Shown one piece after another: positions 18,009 through 29,600 of a DNA stretch of 64,000 bases. The DNA is from Chthoniobacteraceae bacterium (GTDB taxonomy: Bacteria > Verrucomicrobiota > Verrucomicrobiia > Chthoniobacterales > Chthoniobacteraceae). The position numbers were made by a program, and so were the translations under genes. The stretch spans positions 1-64,000 of the forward strand of contig JANNWY010000316.1 in NCBI GenBank assembly GCA_031409335.1. The letters run 5' to 3'. The notes under the pieces are model-generated. The model was not told the DNA's origin, ran no database searches, and was given only the letters and a program-made list of their open reading frames with translations. The stretch's first letter is position 1, and every line of letters starts with the position of its first letter.

Positions 18009-19430
18009 ATGATATTGCCGCACCCTGTCCTTACGATTGCCCGTGTCGTGTTTGCCGCCGCTCCGCTCCTGCTTGTGATGCCTGAAGCGTCCGCTGTGAA
18101 TGTGGTGGTGATCGGCGATAGTTTGACTGCGGAGTATGACGTGATTCCGGAAGTGCCGGGTTTCGACGATCTGCCAACCGACTATGCGAAAGTAACGGTG
18201 GCGGGCTGGGAGGCGATGAGTTGGGTGGAGGTGGCCGGGCGGCTGAGAGGGCGCTATTTCAATTTTGGCGATTGGCGATCGCTGTCCAATCCCTGGTCGA
18301 TTCCCCGCCTGAGCGGATACGAATACAATTGGGCAGTTCCCGGTGTGGATGCAGCGCAATACGAGGATTTTGTTTCGAGTTCTTTTTTGTCGAATCCGCT
18401 TTTCTATGCGGCGCGGCAGCCGCTGGAAGATCAATTGTCAGGAACCGCGCAGCGGGTCGTCATTTGGTTGGGAGGAAATGATTTTCGGGCGAACTACGGA
18501 CCGCTTTCTGAAGGAAGAGGGGGTGCGGCCTTCGGCAATGGATTGATCGACGACCTGGAGAAAACCATCGACTTCGTCCGGCGGCAGAATGGGAGCGCGC
18601 AGATTGTGATCGGCAATCTCCCGGATCTCGGAGCCACGCCGTCGAAGAAGGCGGCGCATCCTGATCCAGCGAAACGCTTGCGGGTTTCGGCCGTCACGGA
18701 ATCGGTGAATCTGCGACTGGCTCAACTTGCCGCGGGAAAGGGAATCGTTGTGGCGGACACGCACGCCGTCACGGCAGCTCTTGTGAATGATGAACCGCTC
18801 TATTTCGGCGGTGTGAGGATTTTGAATGACAAGAACGCGGACAACCATCCGCGTTTTGCGTTTGCGCGGGATGGACTGCATCCGAATACCGCTTTGCAGA
18901 TTGTCAATCTGCGCGCCATCATTCGAGCGTTCAATCGAGGGTATGGAGCGGGAATTCCGAACATCACGGATTCCGAAGCGTTGCGGCTGCTGCGAATCGA
19001 TCCCGATCAGCCATTTTACGACTGGCTCTCCCGTGCGGGCATCGAGAACAAGTCATTTCAAGCGGACTCGGACGGCGATGGCCTGACGCAACTTGCCGAA
19101 TGTGCGTTTGGTCTCGATCCGAAAGTTTCGGACTCAAATCGATTGCCGGTGAAGATCGGCGGACGGGTGCCGGGGATCACTGGTGCTGTGTCGGTGAGAT
19201 TTAAGCCGCGTGCGATCATGGCGAGATATGTGGCTATCCGGGTCCAATATTCCTCGGATGCCACGACTTGGAATGGCCTGGCAGCCGATCGCGTGCTGGC
19301 GAATGTGGACGGGTCGTTCACGGCTGTGATCCCGCCACTTTCCGGTGCGGTGCATCTGCGCGTGCGAGTCGTCACGATACCGCCGTATGGTTCGGGGGCG
19401 CGGAACAGCTCGTATATTCCGCTCCGCTAA
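18009..19430 (+). CDS. Secreted SGNH/GDSL hydrolase with C-terminal accessory domain
   Basis: IGDSLT (block I), NWAVPG, GGND (block III), DGLHP (block V); DSDGDG and a beta-rich C-terminus. Confidence 0.85.
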   Translation: MILPHPVLTIARVVFAAAPLLLVMPEASAVNVVVIGDSLTAEYDVIPEVPGFDDLPTDYAKVTVAGWEAMSWVEVAGRLRGRYFNFGDWRSLSNPWSIPRLSGYEYNWAVPGVDAAQYEDFVSSSFLSNPLFYAARQPLEDQLSGTAQRVVIWLGGNDFRANYGPLSEGRGGAAFGNGLIDDLEKTIDFVRRQNGSAQIVIGNLPDLGATPSKKAAHPDPAKRLRVSAVTESVNLRLAQLAAGKGIVVADTHAVTAALVNDEPLYFGGVRILNDKNADNHPRFAFARDGLHPNTALQIVNLRAIIRAFNRGYGAGIPNITDSEALRLLRIDPDQPFYDWLSRAGIENKSFQADSDGDGLTQLAECAFGLDPKVSDSNRLPVKIGGRVPGITGAVSVRFKPRAIMARYVAIRVQYSSDATTWNGLAADRVLANVDGSFTAVIPPLSGAVHLRVRVVTIPPYGSGARNSSYIPLR

Positions 19431-19434
19431 CGAG

Positions 19435-19938
19435 CTACTTCGCCGACTTGCCCGCGGAGGAAAACTCCTCTTTTAGCCGCGCAATCAAGTCATTGAGCAA
19501 CGGCTGCCGCTTTTCGTCCATTTCCTTCCGAAGCAGCTCTTCCACTTTCCGCCGTTCCTCCGCATACCGCCTCGCGAAAAGCGCGCGATTTTCGCCATCA
19601 ATCGTCAGGCCGATTTTATTGATCGCGACTTCCGTTTCCTCCGCCATTTTTTTCCGGCGGGCTCCTTCGCGGTCGCCAAGCAGTTTTTTTTGTTCGGGCG
19701 GCAGGTTGGTCCAGCGCTTCAGGTTTTCGATGAAGCGCTGGCGTTGTTCCGGCGTGAGCGCCTCAAGCGCACGCCGGGCGTTCCCAAATTCCGGCGACAT
19801 CGGTCCCGCGCCGGGCCGACGCAAAGAGGACGGAGTGCCTTCTGGCCGTTTTGTGGGCTGCGGCGCCTCTTCTTGCGCGGTCGCAATTCCAACGCAGCCA
19901 AGCCCGGCCAGGATCACTGCACCGATGAATCGAGCCAT
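19435..19938 (-). CDS. Exported helical protein (DUF3106-like)
   Basis: Signal peptide; LTPEQRQR / W..LPPEQK repeats. Confidence 0.7.
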   Translation of the reverse strand: MARFIGAVILAGLGCVGIATAQEEAPQPTKRPEGTPSSLRRPGAGPMSPEFGNARRALEALTPEQRQRFIENLKRWTNLPPEQKKLLGDREGARRKKMAEETEVAINKIGLTIDGENRALFARRYAEERRKVEELLRKEMDEKRQPLLNDLIARLKEEFSSAGKSAK

Positions 19939-20279
19939 ACGGAGCTTTCCTCGGATGCGAGCAGATCATCCAGATCGTTGATTACGTAGAAATCGGGGCC
20001 GTCAGAGACTTGCTCGGTGATCGCCATGAGCGAATCGACCTGACGATCTTGAGAGTCGCTCCCGATGAACTGGGACGCGGTGACTGCGGCCACGCAGAGC
20101 GCGGCAGCGGCAGTGGTGAATTGCCAGTGCCGCCGCAACGTGGCGAAGACGCCATGGCTTTCCTGACGCATCTCCCGCACCTCGCGGACGACGTTTCGGG
20201 CGAAAAACGGGGAGACTGCTGCTGGGCGGGCTTTGCCGAGCAGCTTCCAGAGATCGTCGTTGTCGTCAGATGGATTCAT
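19914..20279 (-). CDS. Single-TM hypothetical protein, anti-sigma-like architecture
   Basis: LW.LLG....VSP.F..NV.R..R soluble N-terminus, one TM helix, acidic C-terminus. Confidence 0.7.
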   Translation of the reverse strand: MNPSDDNDDLWKLLGKARPAAVSPFFARNVVREVREMRQESHGVFATLRRHWQFTTAAAALCVAAVTASQFIGSDSQDRQVDSLMAITEQVSDGPDFYVINDLDDLLASEESSVWLDSSVQ

Positions 20280-20353
20280 GTCAAACGGGATCAACCGATC
20301 GGACTCCCGAAAGTTGCGCGAAATCTTACCACTCGCCGTGAAGTTGCAGCAGG

Positions 20354-22252
20354 CTAAACGGCTTCCGCTTCGAGGAAACCTTCGAGCTGCCGGATGCGCG
20401 TCGGATGCCGCATCTTGCGAAGGGCTTTTGCTTCGATTTGCCGGATGCGTTCGCGGGTCACTTTGAATTGGCGGCCCACTTCTTCGAGCGTGCGGCTGTA
20501 GCCATCGATGAGGCCGAAGCGCTGCTCGAGCACCTGGCGCTCGCGTTCGGTCAGCGTTTCCAGCACGTCCTTGATCTTCTCCTTCAGGAGCACGATCGCG
20601 GTCATATCGCTCGGATTTTCAGCGCCTTTGTCTTCGATGAAATCGCCGAAGCTGGTGTCGTCGCTTTCGCCGACGGGCGATTGCAACGAAATCGGCTGCT
20701 GCGCCATTTTGAGTACGGCACGGACACGCTCGACGGGAAGCTGGATTTCGTCCGCGACCTCCTCCGGCGTGGGTTCGCGACCGTAGTCCTGGACCAGTTG
20801 CTTCTGCACGCGCATCAGCTTGTTGATCGTCTCGATCATGTGAACCGGAATGCGGATCGTCCGCGCCTGGTCGGCGATGGAACGCGTGATCGCCTGGCGA
20901 ATCCACCATGTCGCGTAAGTCGAGAACTTGTAGCCGCGGCGATACTCGAATTTCTCCACCGCTTTCATCAGGCCCATGTTGCCCTCCTGAATCAAATCAA
21001 GGAACGAGAGGCCGCGATTCGTGTATTTTTTCGCGATGGAAATTACGAGGCGCAGGTTCGCTTCGACCATCTCGGTCTTCGCTTTGAGCGCCTTTTTCAG
21101 CCAGGCCTTCAGATCTTGGTATTCCTCGATGAATTCCTCCGCGCTGAGCCAGGTGCGCATTTGGATTTCGCGCAATTTTCCCGCGTGATCGATTTTCGCG
21201 CTGCCATCGGCCCGCGCGACTTTCCGTGGTTTGTCGAGTTCGGCGAGATGCAGTTTGATCAAACGATTCGTCTCATCCGCAAGGTTCACGAACTCCTCGG
21301 TGACCTTCTGTTTGAAGAAAAACTTCGGATAAAGTTTCTGGATCGAATTGTGTGATTTTTGAAAGTCCAAATACGATTTCGTGTCCCGATTTTTCCCCCC
21401 GTGTGCCACGTAGTTCTTGTATCCGGCGAGGCAGTTTCCCGCCGCGGTTTCGAGTTGGTTGGAGAGCTTCGGGAGGAGCTTCATGTAGCGCTCACGACTC
21501 TCGATTTTCTTGTCGAGGATGACACGGTCGAAACGTTCGCGGCCTTCCTTCAATTTTCCAGCCAGATCCAGATAAGCGCGGGCAATAAAGCCAAATCGGT
21601 TGATGTATTTCTGAACGTTCAGTTCGGCTTCCTCGATGCGTTTTGAGATTTCCACTTCCTGCTCGCGCGTGAGCAGCGGCACCTGGCCCATCTGCTTCAG
21701 ATACATCCGCACCGGATCATCGAGAATATCGAGTTTCGCCTCCGGCTTCTCCTCCTCCTCTTCTTCAGTATCCTTCTTCCCATCCTTCAGCCGGTCCACT
21801 TGCGAGGCATCGATGATGTCGATCTCCATCCCGCGGAGCCGACTCATGATGGTCTCCATTTCATCGGGATCATTTACCGTGTCCGGGAGTGCTTCCGTCA
21901 GGTCGTCAAACGTCAGATAACCCTGCTCTTTTGCGAGCCGGATCAGTTCGCGCAGTTTCTCCTGCACGTCCGGGTGATCGATTACGCTGATTGGCTGAAC
22001 GACCCCGTTTTTCTCCCGCTTCAAATCGCGCTTTTCAGAAGTTTTCCGATTCGAGGTCTTTGACGGTTTGCTGTTCGGACCGTCACTTCTTTTCACGCGA
22101 AGTTTCTTCGGAATCTTCGCCTTACTTAGAATCTTCTTCGGCTTTTTCTTCAATTTCGCCGCCTTCGCGACTGTCTTTTTGGGCTTTCGTTGCGCCTTTT
22201 TCGCGGCGGTCTTGGTGGGCTTGGTTACGGATTTCTTTTTTGGTTTGGGCAT
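20354..22252 (-). CDS. rpoD: Primary RNA polymerase sigma factor (sigma70)
   Basis: Region 1.1 (GYLTFDDL), [57 protein letters not shown]. Confidence 0.98.
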   Translation of the reverse strand: MPKPKKKSVTKPTKTAAKKAQRKPKKTVAKAAKLKKKPKKILSKAKIPKKLRVKRSDGPNSKPSKTSNRKTSEKRDLKREKNGVVQPISVIDHPDVQEKLRELIRLAKEQGYLTFDDLTEALPDTVNDPDEMETIMSRLRGMEIDIIDASQVDRLKDGKKDTEEEEEEKPEAKLDILDDPVRMYLKQMGQVPLLTREQEVEISKRIEEAELNVQKYINRFGFIARAYLDLAGKLKEGRERFDRVILDKKIESRERYMKLLPKLSNQLETAAGNCLAGYKNYVAHGGKNRDTKSYLDFQKSHNSIQKLYPKFFFKQKVTEEFVNLADETNRLIKLHLAELDKPRKVARADGSAKIDHAGKLREIQMRTWLSAEEFIEEYQDLKAWLKKALKAKTEMVEANLRLVISIAKKYTNRGLSFLDLIQEGNMGLMKAVEKFEYRRGYKFSTYATWWIRQAITRSIADQARTIRIPVHMIETINKLMRVQKQLVQDYGREPTPEEVADEIQLPVERVRAVLKMAQQPISLQSPVGESDDTSFGDFIEDKGAENPSDMTAIVLLKEKIKDVLETLTERERQVLEQRFGLIDGYSRTLEEVGRQFKVTRERIRQIEAKALRKMRHPTRIRQLEGFLEAEAV

Positions 22253-22301
22253 ACCGCTTATTTGGAAAATTCTTCCCACGCTTTTGACGATCAATCCTGA
22301 T

Positions 22302-24101
22302 CTACAAGGGCGGGGAAAAAGGCCGCGCAATATCGAGAAGGCGTTTTTGCAAATCAAGGATTTCTTTTTGCGCGGCAACGATAGTTTCCAAAGGCTGATC
22401 GGGAATGCGCAGACGAGATTGCACGGCATCCAGTCGCCGTCGGATTTGGCGGCGCTCCAGCTCCCGCCAGCAGTCGTGCGCGATCATCATCGCGAACTCC
22501 GGTTTGCGGCCCTCCAGGATGTCGATCAGGTCCGACTCGTCCGCGGTATCGAGTGTGGAAAGGAACGACGCGAGCGATGCCGGATCGTCCACGTTCATCT
22601 CGGCGAAAACCACCTTCTTCACGAGGCTGGAGCCTTCGCTATCGGCCAAAACCGGCTCCCATTTCTGCTCCCGCAGCCATTCGCGCGCGGCCTGATCGGT
22701 CAGCGACACTTTCAGCAAAAGCGCGATCGTCGGGTCGAGTTCGCGCTTCGCCGCCGGCTTCGTGTCGAGCGTTTCATCGTCGTCGGTTTTTGGCGACGGT
22801 TGTTTCAGCAAACGCGCAAATTCTTGCGCCGAAATTTCGAGCCGCATCGTCACGCGATTGATGATCGTTTCGCGCAGCACCGCGTCCGTGATGATGCTGA
22901 CCGCCTCCGCCATTTTCCGCGCCGCCTGGGTGCGCCCGCGCGGCGTGGCGAAATCGGGTCGCGCAGCCAGCCGGTCGATTTGGAAATCGAAAAAATCCTT
23001 CGCCCCCGCGATCTGCGCGATGAACGCCTCTGCCCCGCGCCCGCGGATCATCGAGTCCGGATCCTCTCCCGGCGGCATCGTCGCCACGCGCACGGCAACA
23101 TTCTGCGCGAGCAGTTGCTTCGCGGATTTTTCCGCCGCGTTTTCCCCAGCCGCATCCGCGTCGAAGCACAACACGACCTCCTCCACGTATCGCTTCAAAA
23201 TCCGCGCCTGTTTGTCCGTAAAGGCCGTGCCTTGTGGGGCGATCACGTTCGTCACCCCGGCCTCGAAAGCCGTGATCAAATCGAGCTGGCCCTCGCACAC
23301 GATCGCCGTCTTTCTATCGATCAGCGCGCGTTTGCTCCGGTGCAGGCCAAAGAGGATTGCGCCTTTTGTGAAAAGCTGAGTCTCGGGCGAATTCACATAC
23401 TTCGCGCCCTTCGCGTCGGACTCCAGCACGCGCCCGCTAAAGGCGATGACTTCGCCCGTGTCGTTGCAGATCGGGAACATCAGCCGATCGCGAAACCGGT
23501 CGTAAAAATCCGCGTTGTCATCGTCTTCGCGCTTTGAAACCAGCCCGCTCGCCATCAATTCATCCTGGCTGAAGCCGCGTTCGTGCGCAAACGCCGCCAT
23601 GTTGTCCCAGCCATCCGCCGCGTAGCCGAGCTTCCACGATTTTGCCACTTCACCCGTGATCCCGCGCCCTTTCAAATAGTCGCGCGCCTTCGCCGCCGCG
23701 GGCCTTTTCATCAGGTTCATGTGGAAAAAATCCGCCGCCTCGGCGTGCAGCGCGAGCAGTCTGCGCCGCAGCGTCACGCGCGCCAAATCCTCCGCGCTCA
23801 TCTCCTGCTCGACGATGCGAATGCCCGCGCGATCCGCGAGTTTCTTCGCCGCCGTCACGAAATCGACGTGCTCGTAATCCATCACAAAGCGGAACACGCT
23901 CCCGCCCGCCCCGCAGCCAAAGCACTTAAAAATCTGCCGCTGCGGATTGACCTGGAACGAGGGCGTTTTTTCCTGGTGAAACGGGCAGCACGCCCGCCAC
24001 GCCGAGCCCGCCCGTTTCAGCGGAAAATAACCTCCAACGACATCGACGATGTCATTCGCCGCGGCGATTTGTTCGATCAATTCGGAGGCGAGTAAAGGCA
24101 C
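22302..24101 (-). CDS. dnaG: DNA primase
   Basis: [18 protein letters not shown] zinc ribbon, [29 protein letters not shown] Toprim. Confidence 0.97.
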   Translation of the reverse strand: MPLLASELIEQIAAANDIVDVVGGYFPLKRAGSAWRACCPFHQEKTPSFQVNPQRQIFKCFGCGAGGSVFRFVMDYEHVDFVTAAKKLADRAGIRIVEQEMSAEDLARVTLRRRLLALHAEAADFFHMNLMKRPAAAKARDYLKGRGITGEVAKSWKLGYAADGWDNMAAFAHERGFSQDELMASGLVSKREDDDNADFYDRFRDRLMFPICNDTGEVIAFSGRVLESDAKGAKYVNSPETQLFTKGAILFGLHRSKRALIDRKTAIVCEGQLDLITAFEAGVTNVIAPQGTAFTDKQARILKRYVEEVVLCFDADAAGENAAEKSAKQLLAQNVAVRVATMPPGEDPDSMIRGRGAEAFIAQIAGAKDFFDFQIDRLAARPDFATPRGRTQAARKMAEAVSIITDAVLRETIINRVTMRLEISAQEFARLLKQPSPKTDDDETLDTKPAAKRELDPTIALLLKVSLTDQAAREWLREQKWEPVLADSEGSSLVKKVVFAEMNVDDPASLASFLSTLDTADESDLIDILEGRKPEFAMMIAHDCWRELERRQIRRRLDAVQSRLRIPDQPLETIVAAQKEILDLQKRLLDIARPFSPPL

Positions 24102-24178
24102 GGTCGAGAGCTAACGCGCATTTCGCGGCGCGACCATTCGGAAATGTTGGAGAGGGTCGCCGTGATTGCGGGTGGCTC

Positions 24179-24276
24179 CTGCGGCGGGCTGAACGTCGAA
24201 CATCGAACATCGAAGTAGGGAAGCGCACACGATGCTAAATTCCGAACTTCGATGTTCGATGTTCAGCCCCGCGCAG
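24179..24276. repeat. Intergenic inverted repeat built from AACATCG heptamers
   Basis: GGGCTGAACGTCGAACATCGAACATCGAAGT ... ACTTCGATGTTCGATGTTCAGCCC. Confidence 0.85.
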
Positions 24277-24292
24277 CGGCCTTCCTCCGTTG

Positions 24293-25309
24293 TTAAAGCG
24301 TCCGCCCCGTCGCTTGCAGTAGCGGCCCCAGATCCTTCACCAGCGCGGCGAATGCTTTGAAATCCACCTGCTGCTGGCCGTCACTGAGAGCCTCCGCGGG
24401 GTTTGGATGCACTTCTATAAGCAGCCCGTCTGCGCCCATCGCGACGGAGCCTTTGCACAGCGCGTGGACGAGATCCGCGCGGCCGCAGCCCTGGCTCGGG
24501 TCGATGATGACCGGGAGGTGCGATTCCTTTTTCACGATCGCCACGGCGGCGAGGTCGAGCGTGTTGCGCGTGTAGGTCTCGAAGGTGCGGATGCCGCGCT
24601 CGCAGAAGAGCACGTTGCCATTGCCGTGCGCGAGCAGGTATTCGGCGGCGCAGAGCCATTCGTCGATCCGCTCGCTGAGGCCGCGTTTCAGCAGCACGGG
24701 TTTGCCGGATTTCGCGCACTCGATGAGGAGCTGAAAATTCTGCGCGTTGCGCGCGCCGACTTGGAGAATGTCCGCGACTTCCGCGACGTGCTGGACGTGA
24801 TTTTCGCTGAGAATCTCCGTGATGATTTTCAGCCCCGTTTCCGCCTTCGCCTTCGCGAGCAGGCGCAGGCCTTCCTTGCCGAGCCCCTGAAATTCGTATG
24901 GCGAAGTGCGCGGCTTGTAAGCCCCGCCGCGCAGGATCGTCGCGCCCCCCGCCTTCACCGCGTGCGCGGTGCTCATCAGTTGCTCTTCACTTTCCACCGA
25001 GCACGGCCCGGCCATGAGCGTGAATTTCGGTCCACCGACCGGCACGCCGTCCACGTTCACGATCGTGTTTCCCGGATGCGATTCACGGCTCACGAGCTTG
25101 TGCTTCTTTTGCACGGGGATCACTTTTTCCACCTGCGGCATCGCCGTCAGCGACTCGAGGGTGTGGTGCGTCCGCTCGTCGCCGATGGCCGCGATGATCG
25201 CCTGCTCGGTACCGAAAATCGGGCGCGGGTCGTAGCCGAGTTTTTGCACTTCGGCGATGACTTCATCGACTTGCTCGCGAGGGGTTCCGGGTTTGATGAC
25301 GACGATCAT
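24293..25309 (-). CDS. aroF: DAHP synthase, type I-beta, with N-terminal ferredoxin-like/ACT domain
   Basis: AGPCSVE, LRGGAYKPRTSPY.FQGLG, QVGARN.QNF, KPVLLKRG, CERGIRTFE, IEVHPNP..ALSDG.Q. Confidence 0.95.
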   Translation of the reverse strand: MIVVIKPGTPREQVDEVIAEVQKLGYDPRPIFGTEQAIIAAIGDERTHHTLESLTAMPQVEKVIPVQKKHKLVSRESHPGNTIVNVDGVPVGGPKFTLMAGPCSVESEEQLMSTAHAVKAGGATILRGGAYKPRTSPYEFQGLGKEGLRLLAKAKAETGLKIITEILSENHVQHVAEVADILQVGARNAQNFQLLIECAKSGKPVLLKRGLSERIDEWLCAAEYLLAHGNGNVLFCERGIRTFETYTRNTLDLAAVAIVKKESHLPVIIDPSQGCGRADLVHALCKGSVAMGADGLLIEVHPNPAEALSDGQQQVDFKAFAALVKDLGPLLQATGRTL

Positions 25310-25524
25310 TGGCAGGGGAAATATTGGGATTTGCAGGACGAGATTGGTGGGCCGCGATTGGAGCGGGCGGTGTTTCTAGCCCGGCCCCCGCGTTCACTCA
25401 ATGAAAAGAAAGCCGCTGGATGAGTTTCTCGCGCGCCCGCTTGTGATCCGCTTCGCCCCGGGCTTAGTCCCGTTTGCCACACAATGGCCGCGGGGGTGAA
25501 ATTCTTGCGGTACAAAGATGATTA

Positions 25525-26562
25525 ATGATTTCCCTCCATCGCTCCCTTCTTACCGGTTTCGTTGTGTTCGTGTCGGTCCTCAATGGCTTTTCCCCGCTGA
25601 CCGCCCGCGGCGACGCGACTTATGTTGTCCGGCAGACATTCACCGTGAAGGATTTGCCGGAAGGCGCGCAGGAGGTCCGGGGGTGGTTTTGGATGCCCGA
25701 GGATCGTCCGGAGCAGAAGGTCGTGGATTTTCGCGTGGTGGAAGCGCCGGACTCCTTTCGCATCACGCGCGATCCGCGCTACGGCCGCTCGTGGCTTTAT
25801 GCGGATGGCAAGGCGGACGCAAACAAGCCGCTGAGGATCGTGACGGAGTTCAAGGTGGTGCGCCGTTCGGTGACGGGCCTCGCGGATGTGGTGAAGGCGG
25901 CGACTTTCACCGAGCAGGACCGGCGCGCGATGGCCGCGGAATTGCGGCGCGACGAGAAACACATGGAGGTGACCCCGGCGTTTCAGAAGCTGGCGGATGA
26001 TCTTGCCGGGAAAGAGACGAATCCGGTGATTCAGGCGCGGAAATTTTTCGACTACGTGATCGCGCAGAGTGACCACTATTCCAAATACGGTTCCATGCCG
26101 CAGGGCAAATGCCTGGGCGACGCGGGCGAGTGCTTCGGCGGCACGGGCGATTGCTGCTCGGATCAACATGCGCTGTTCATCGTGCTTTGCCGGGCGCGCG
26201 GGATTCCCTGCCGGCTGATGTTTGGCAGCCGCTTGAAATCCGAGAACGAAGGGAAGGATCACAATCCCGGCTACCGCTGCTGGCCGAACTTTTTTGCGCC
26301 GGGTCTTGGCTGGGTGCCGCTCGATATTTCATCCGCGGATGCGGGTGATCCGGTGAAGGCTGGCGACTGGTTTGGCGGGCTCGATGATCGCCGGGTGGAG
26401 TGGGCGGAAGGTCGCGACTTTGATCTCGAGCCGAAATCCGCAGTGCGTCCCGATCTGGTGATTGGCGGCTGGGTGGAAGTGGATGGCAAGCCGTTCAAGG
26501 GCTTCGAGCGCGTGGTCAATTTCACGCGCCTCGACGCCCAGGCAGTAGTCGCGGCGCAGTGA
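25525..26562 (+). CDS. Exported transglutaminase-like cysteine protease domain protein
   Basis: G.C.D.HALF..LCRA.GIP.R, CW..FF.PG.GWVP.D; signal peptide. Confidence 0.85.
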   Translation: MISLHRSLLTGFVVFVSVLNGFSPLTARGDATYVVRQTFTVKDLPEGAQEVRGWFWMPEDRPEQKVVDFRVVEAPDSFRITRDPRYGRSWLYADGKADANKPLRIVTEFKVVRRSVTGLADVVKAATFTEQDRRAMAAELRRDEKHMEVTPAFQKLADDLAGKETNPVIQARKFFDYVIAQSDHYSKYGSMPQGKCLGDAGECFGGTGDCCSDQHALFIVLCRARGIPCRLMFGSRLKSENEGKDHNPGYRCWPNFFAPGLGWVPLDISSADAGDPVKAGDWFGGLDDRRVEWAEGRDFDLEPKSAVRPDLVIGGWVEVDGKPFKGFERVVNFTRLDAQAVVAAQ

Positions 26563-26651
26563 GCGGGAGCCGCTCCGTGGTCTAGCGCGGGTTAGGAACT
26601 GCGATTGTCGTCCGCGCACTTTCCGGCATGATGGCCGGAAATCCCCTGTCC

Positions 26652-29600
26652 ATGCGTGCTCCCCGTCTTTTGCCCTCCTGCTTTCTGTTCGCCGTTTACT
26701 GCCTCGGCGGCTGGCTGCGCGCCGATGTCGTGATCAATGAAATCTATTTTCGCACGCCCATCGTTCCCGAGACCACGAACGCGGAATACATTGAGCTGCG
26801 CAATACGGGCGCGGCTGCGGTGAGCCTCGCGGGCTGGCAGTTCGCGAAAGGGGTGAGCTTTACTTTTGCGGCGGGGACGAGCATCCCGGCGGGCGGGTAT
26901 CTGGTCGTGGCGGCGGATTTGGCGGCTTTTTCCGCGCAGTATCCGGGCGTGGGGAATGTCGTGGGAAACTGGTCGGGGTCGCTGGCGAATTCAGGCGAGC
27001 AGATCAAGCTGGTGGATGCGCTTGGGGTGGCGCAGGACTCGGTGAATTATTTCGCGGAAGGCGATTGGGCGGAGCGGGTGAGCGAGGTGACTTTTGGCGG
27101 GTGGGATTGGTTGAGTCTGGCAAATGGCTACGGTCGCTCGCTGGAGCTGCGCAATCCGGCGCTGGATCATCACAGTGGGCAGAATTGGGCGATGGGCCTG
27201 ACGCCGGGGAGGGCGAACTTTGCGATGAGCACGGACATCGAGCCGATCATCCGCGACGTGAAACATTCGCCCGCGAGTCCGCGCTCGAATCAGGCGGTGA
27301 CGGTGTCGTGCAATCTGCTGGATGAAACGCCGGCGGCGGGGTTGAGCGCGGTGCTATTCTGGCGGGATGCGAGTTCTGCGACCCCGGGTGCTTTCACGCA
27401 GACGGCGATGACGGGCGATGGCTCGGGCAACTTCGCGGCGACGCTGCCGGCGATGCCGAATCTGACGGTGGTGGAATTCTACGTGCGGGCTTCGGATGGC
27501 GCGCAGACGCGGACGTGGCCCGCGGCGACTGGCATCGGGCAGATCGCGAACTGCCAGTATCAGGTGACGAATGAAGTCTTCGCGGCGACGGACGCGTATT
27601 ATCTGCTGGTGCTGACGGGCGCGGAAAACGCCGCATACAACGCGACCGCGCCAAGCGACACGGCTGGCAACAAAATCGACCGGCAATTCAACACCACGCT
27701 GGTGGTGGTGAATGGCGCGGATACGACGATCCGCTATCGGAGCCAGATTCGTTTTCGCGGGAACAGCAGCCGCACTTATCAGTTTAAGCCGTTGCGCGTT
27801 TCGCTCGCGGGCGACGATGCTTGGGATGGGGTGACGGCGTTCAATCTGAATCCGAAGGCGTCGTATTTGCAGTTCATGGGGATGAGGCTGTTGCAAGCGT
27901 CGGGCGTGCGCGCGCCGGATTCCATCCCGGTGCGGCCGCGGCGGAATGGTGTGGAATCGACGACTTCGAGCGGGAGCACGCCGGACTACGGACGGTGGGT
28001 GCGCGAGGAGGACATCAACGGCGACTTTGTGAGCGCGCATTTTCCCGAGGCGAAAGGCGGCGGCATTTACAAAAAAATCCGGCCCGATCGCTACTGGCGG
28101 AATCGCGGCTGGACGGTGCCGACGGATGTGAATGGGAACATCGACGGATGGCTGAAGCAGAACAACAGTGCGGCGAATGACTGGACGGATCTCACCGGCT
28201 TTTTTGCGACCGCGCAGGCAGTAACCGCGCCGCATTTTCCCCTCGCGGTGGTGAATGATTCGGCGGACAGCACGGGCGGGATGTTGCTGGGAAATGGAAG
28301 GTGGGATGGCACGGCTTTCTCCGCGGCGGAAATGACGACGCTGGAGACGGTGGCGGACCTGGATCAATGGGCGCGCTGGTTTGCGGCGATGACGATTTTG
28401 CAGGATTTCGAGACGAACATCTCGAACGGGCAGGACGATGACTACACGTTCTATTTCGCACCGGGCGCGGGCAATCAGCGCCGCGCGCATCTGGTGTCGC
28501 ACGATATGGACACGATCTTCGGGCTCGGCGATACGACGCAGGCGTTTAACGCGGTCGGGCTCTACGATCCGACGGATAACACCTTCGTCTTTCGCCCGCT
28601 GCTGCCGCTGCTGGGCAACAATGTGACGGCGGGCAACGCGGCGTTTCGCCAGAAATATCACGACGCGCTGCGGCTGCTTTTGGGCACGGTGTTCGACGCG
28701 GATAACACGGTGAATCCGAATCCGCCGTTCTATCAATTTGTGGACAATCATCTCGCTGGCTGGGTGCCGGTGGCGCGGATGACGGCGATCAAGGATTTCG
28801 TACGGCAGCGCCGGACGTATTTGCTGGGGCTGATCGGCAGCGGGGCGATCACGCCCGCGGCGGCGACTTCGACGGGCACACTCACTTCGGCGCACGGCGC
28901 GCTGTTCATCAGCGAAGTGCTCGCGCGCAATGTGGCGGCGCTGCAAAACGGCGCGGGCTTTCCCGATTTCATCGAGTTGCGGAATACGGATGCGGTGGCC
29001 GTGGACCTCGCGGGGATGAGCCTGACGGACGATCCGCTCGTGCCGGCGAAGTACGTTTTTCCCGCCGGGACGACGATCGCGGCGGGCGCGCATCTCGTCG
29101 TCTTCGCGGATGCGGATGCCGCCGCGCCCGGCCTGCACACAGGGTTTGCGCTCGATCAGGACGGGGACACGGTGCGGCTGCTCGCGAGCGGCGGGGCGCT
29201 GGTGGATGCGGTCACGTTTGGGCCGCAGGCCACGGATCGCTCGATCGCGCGCACGGGTGCGGCGCAGGATTTGTGGGCGCTGACGGTGCCGACGCCGAGC
29301 GCGGTGAACGGCGCACCGGTCGCGCTCGGGAATGTGGGCGCGGTGTGGATCAATGAAATCGCGACGAACCCGGACACGCTTTTCACGGACGACTTTTTGG
29401 AACTCTACAACCCGGGCGCGCAACCGGCGGCGCTCGGTGGCGTGGCGGTCACGGATGATGTCATCAACTATCCCGCGCAGCATGTGCTGCCCGCGCTGAG
29501 TTTCATGGACGCCGCGGGCTGGCTCGTGCTGCGTCCGAAAGGCAGCGGCGCTTCGCCGGGGAATCCGAGCGAGCTGCCCTTCAAGCTCGGGGCGACGACG

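Noticed and set aside
25310..25520. Aromatic-amino-acid attenuator upstream of aroF
   Set aside because: A GC hairpin and a few Phe codons are present, but there is no convincing leader ORF or U-tailed terminator.
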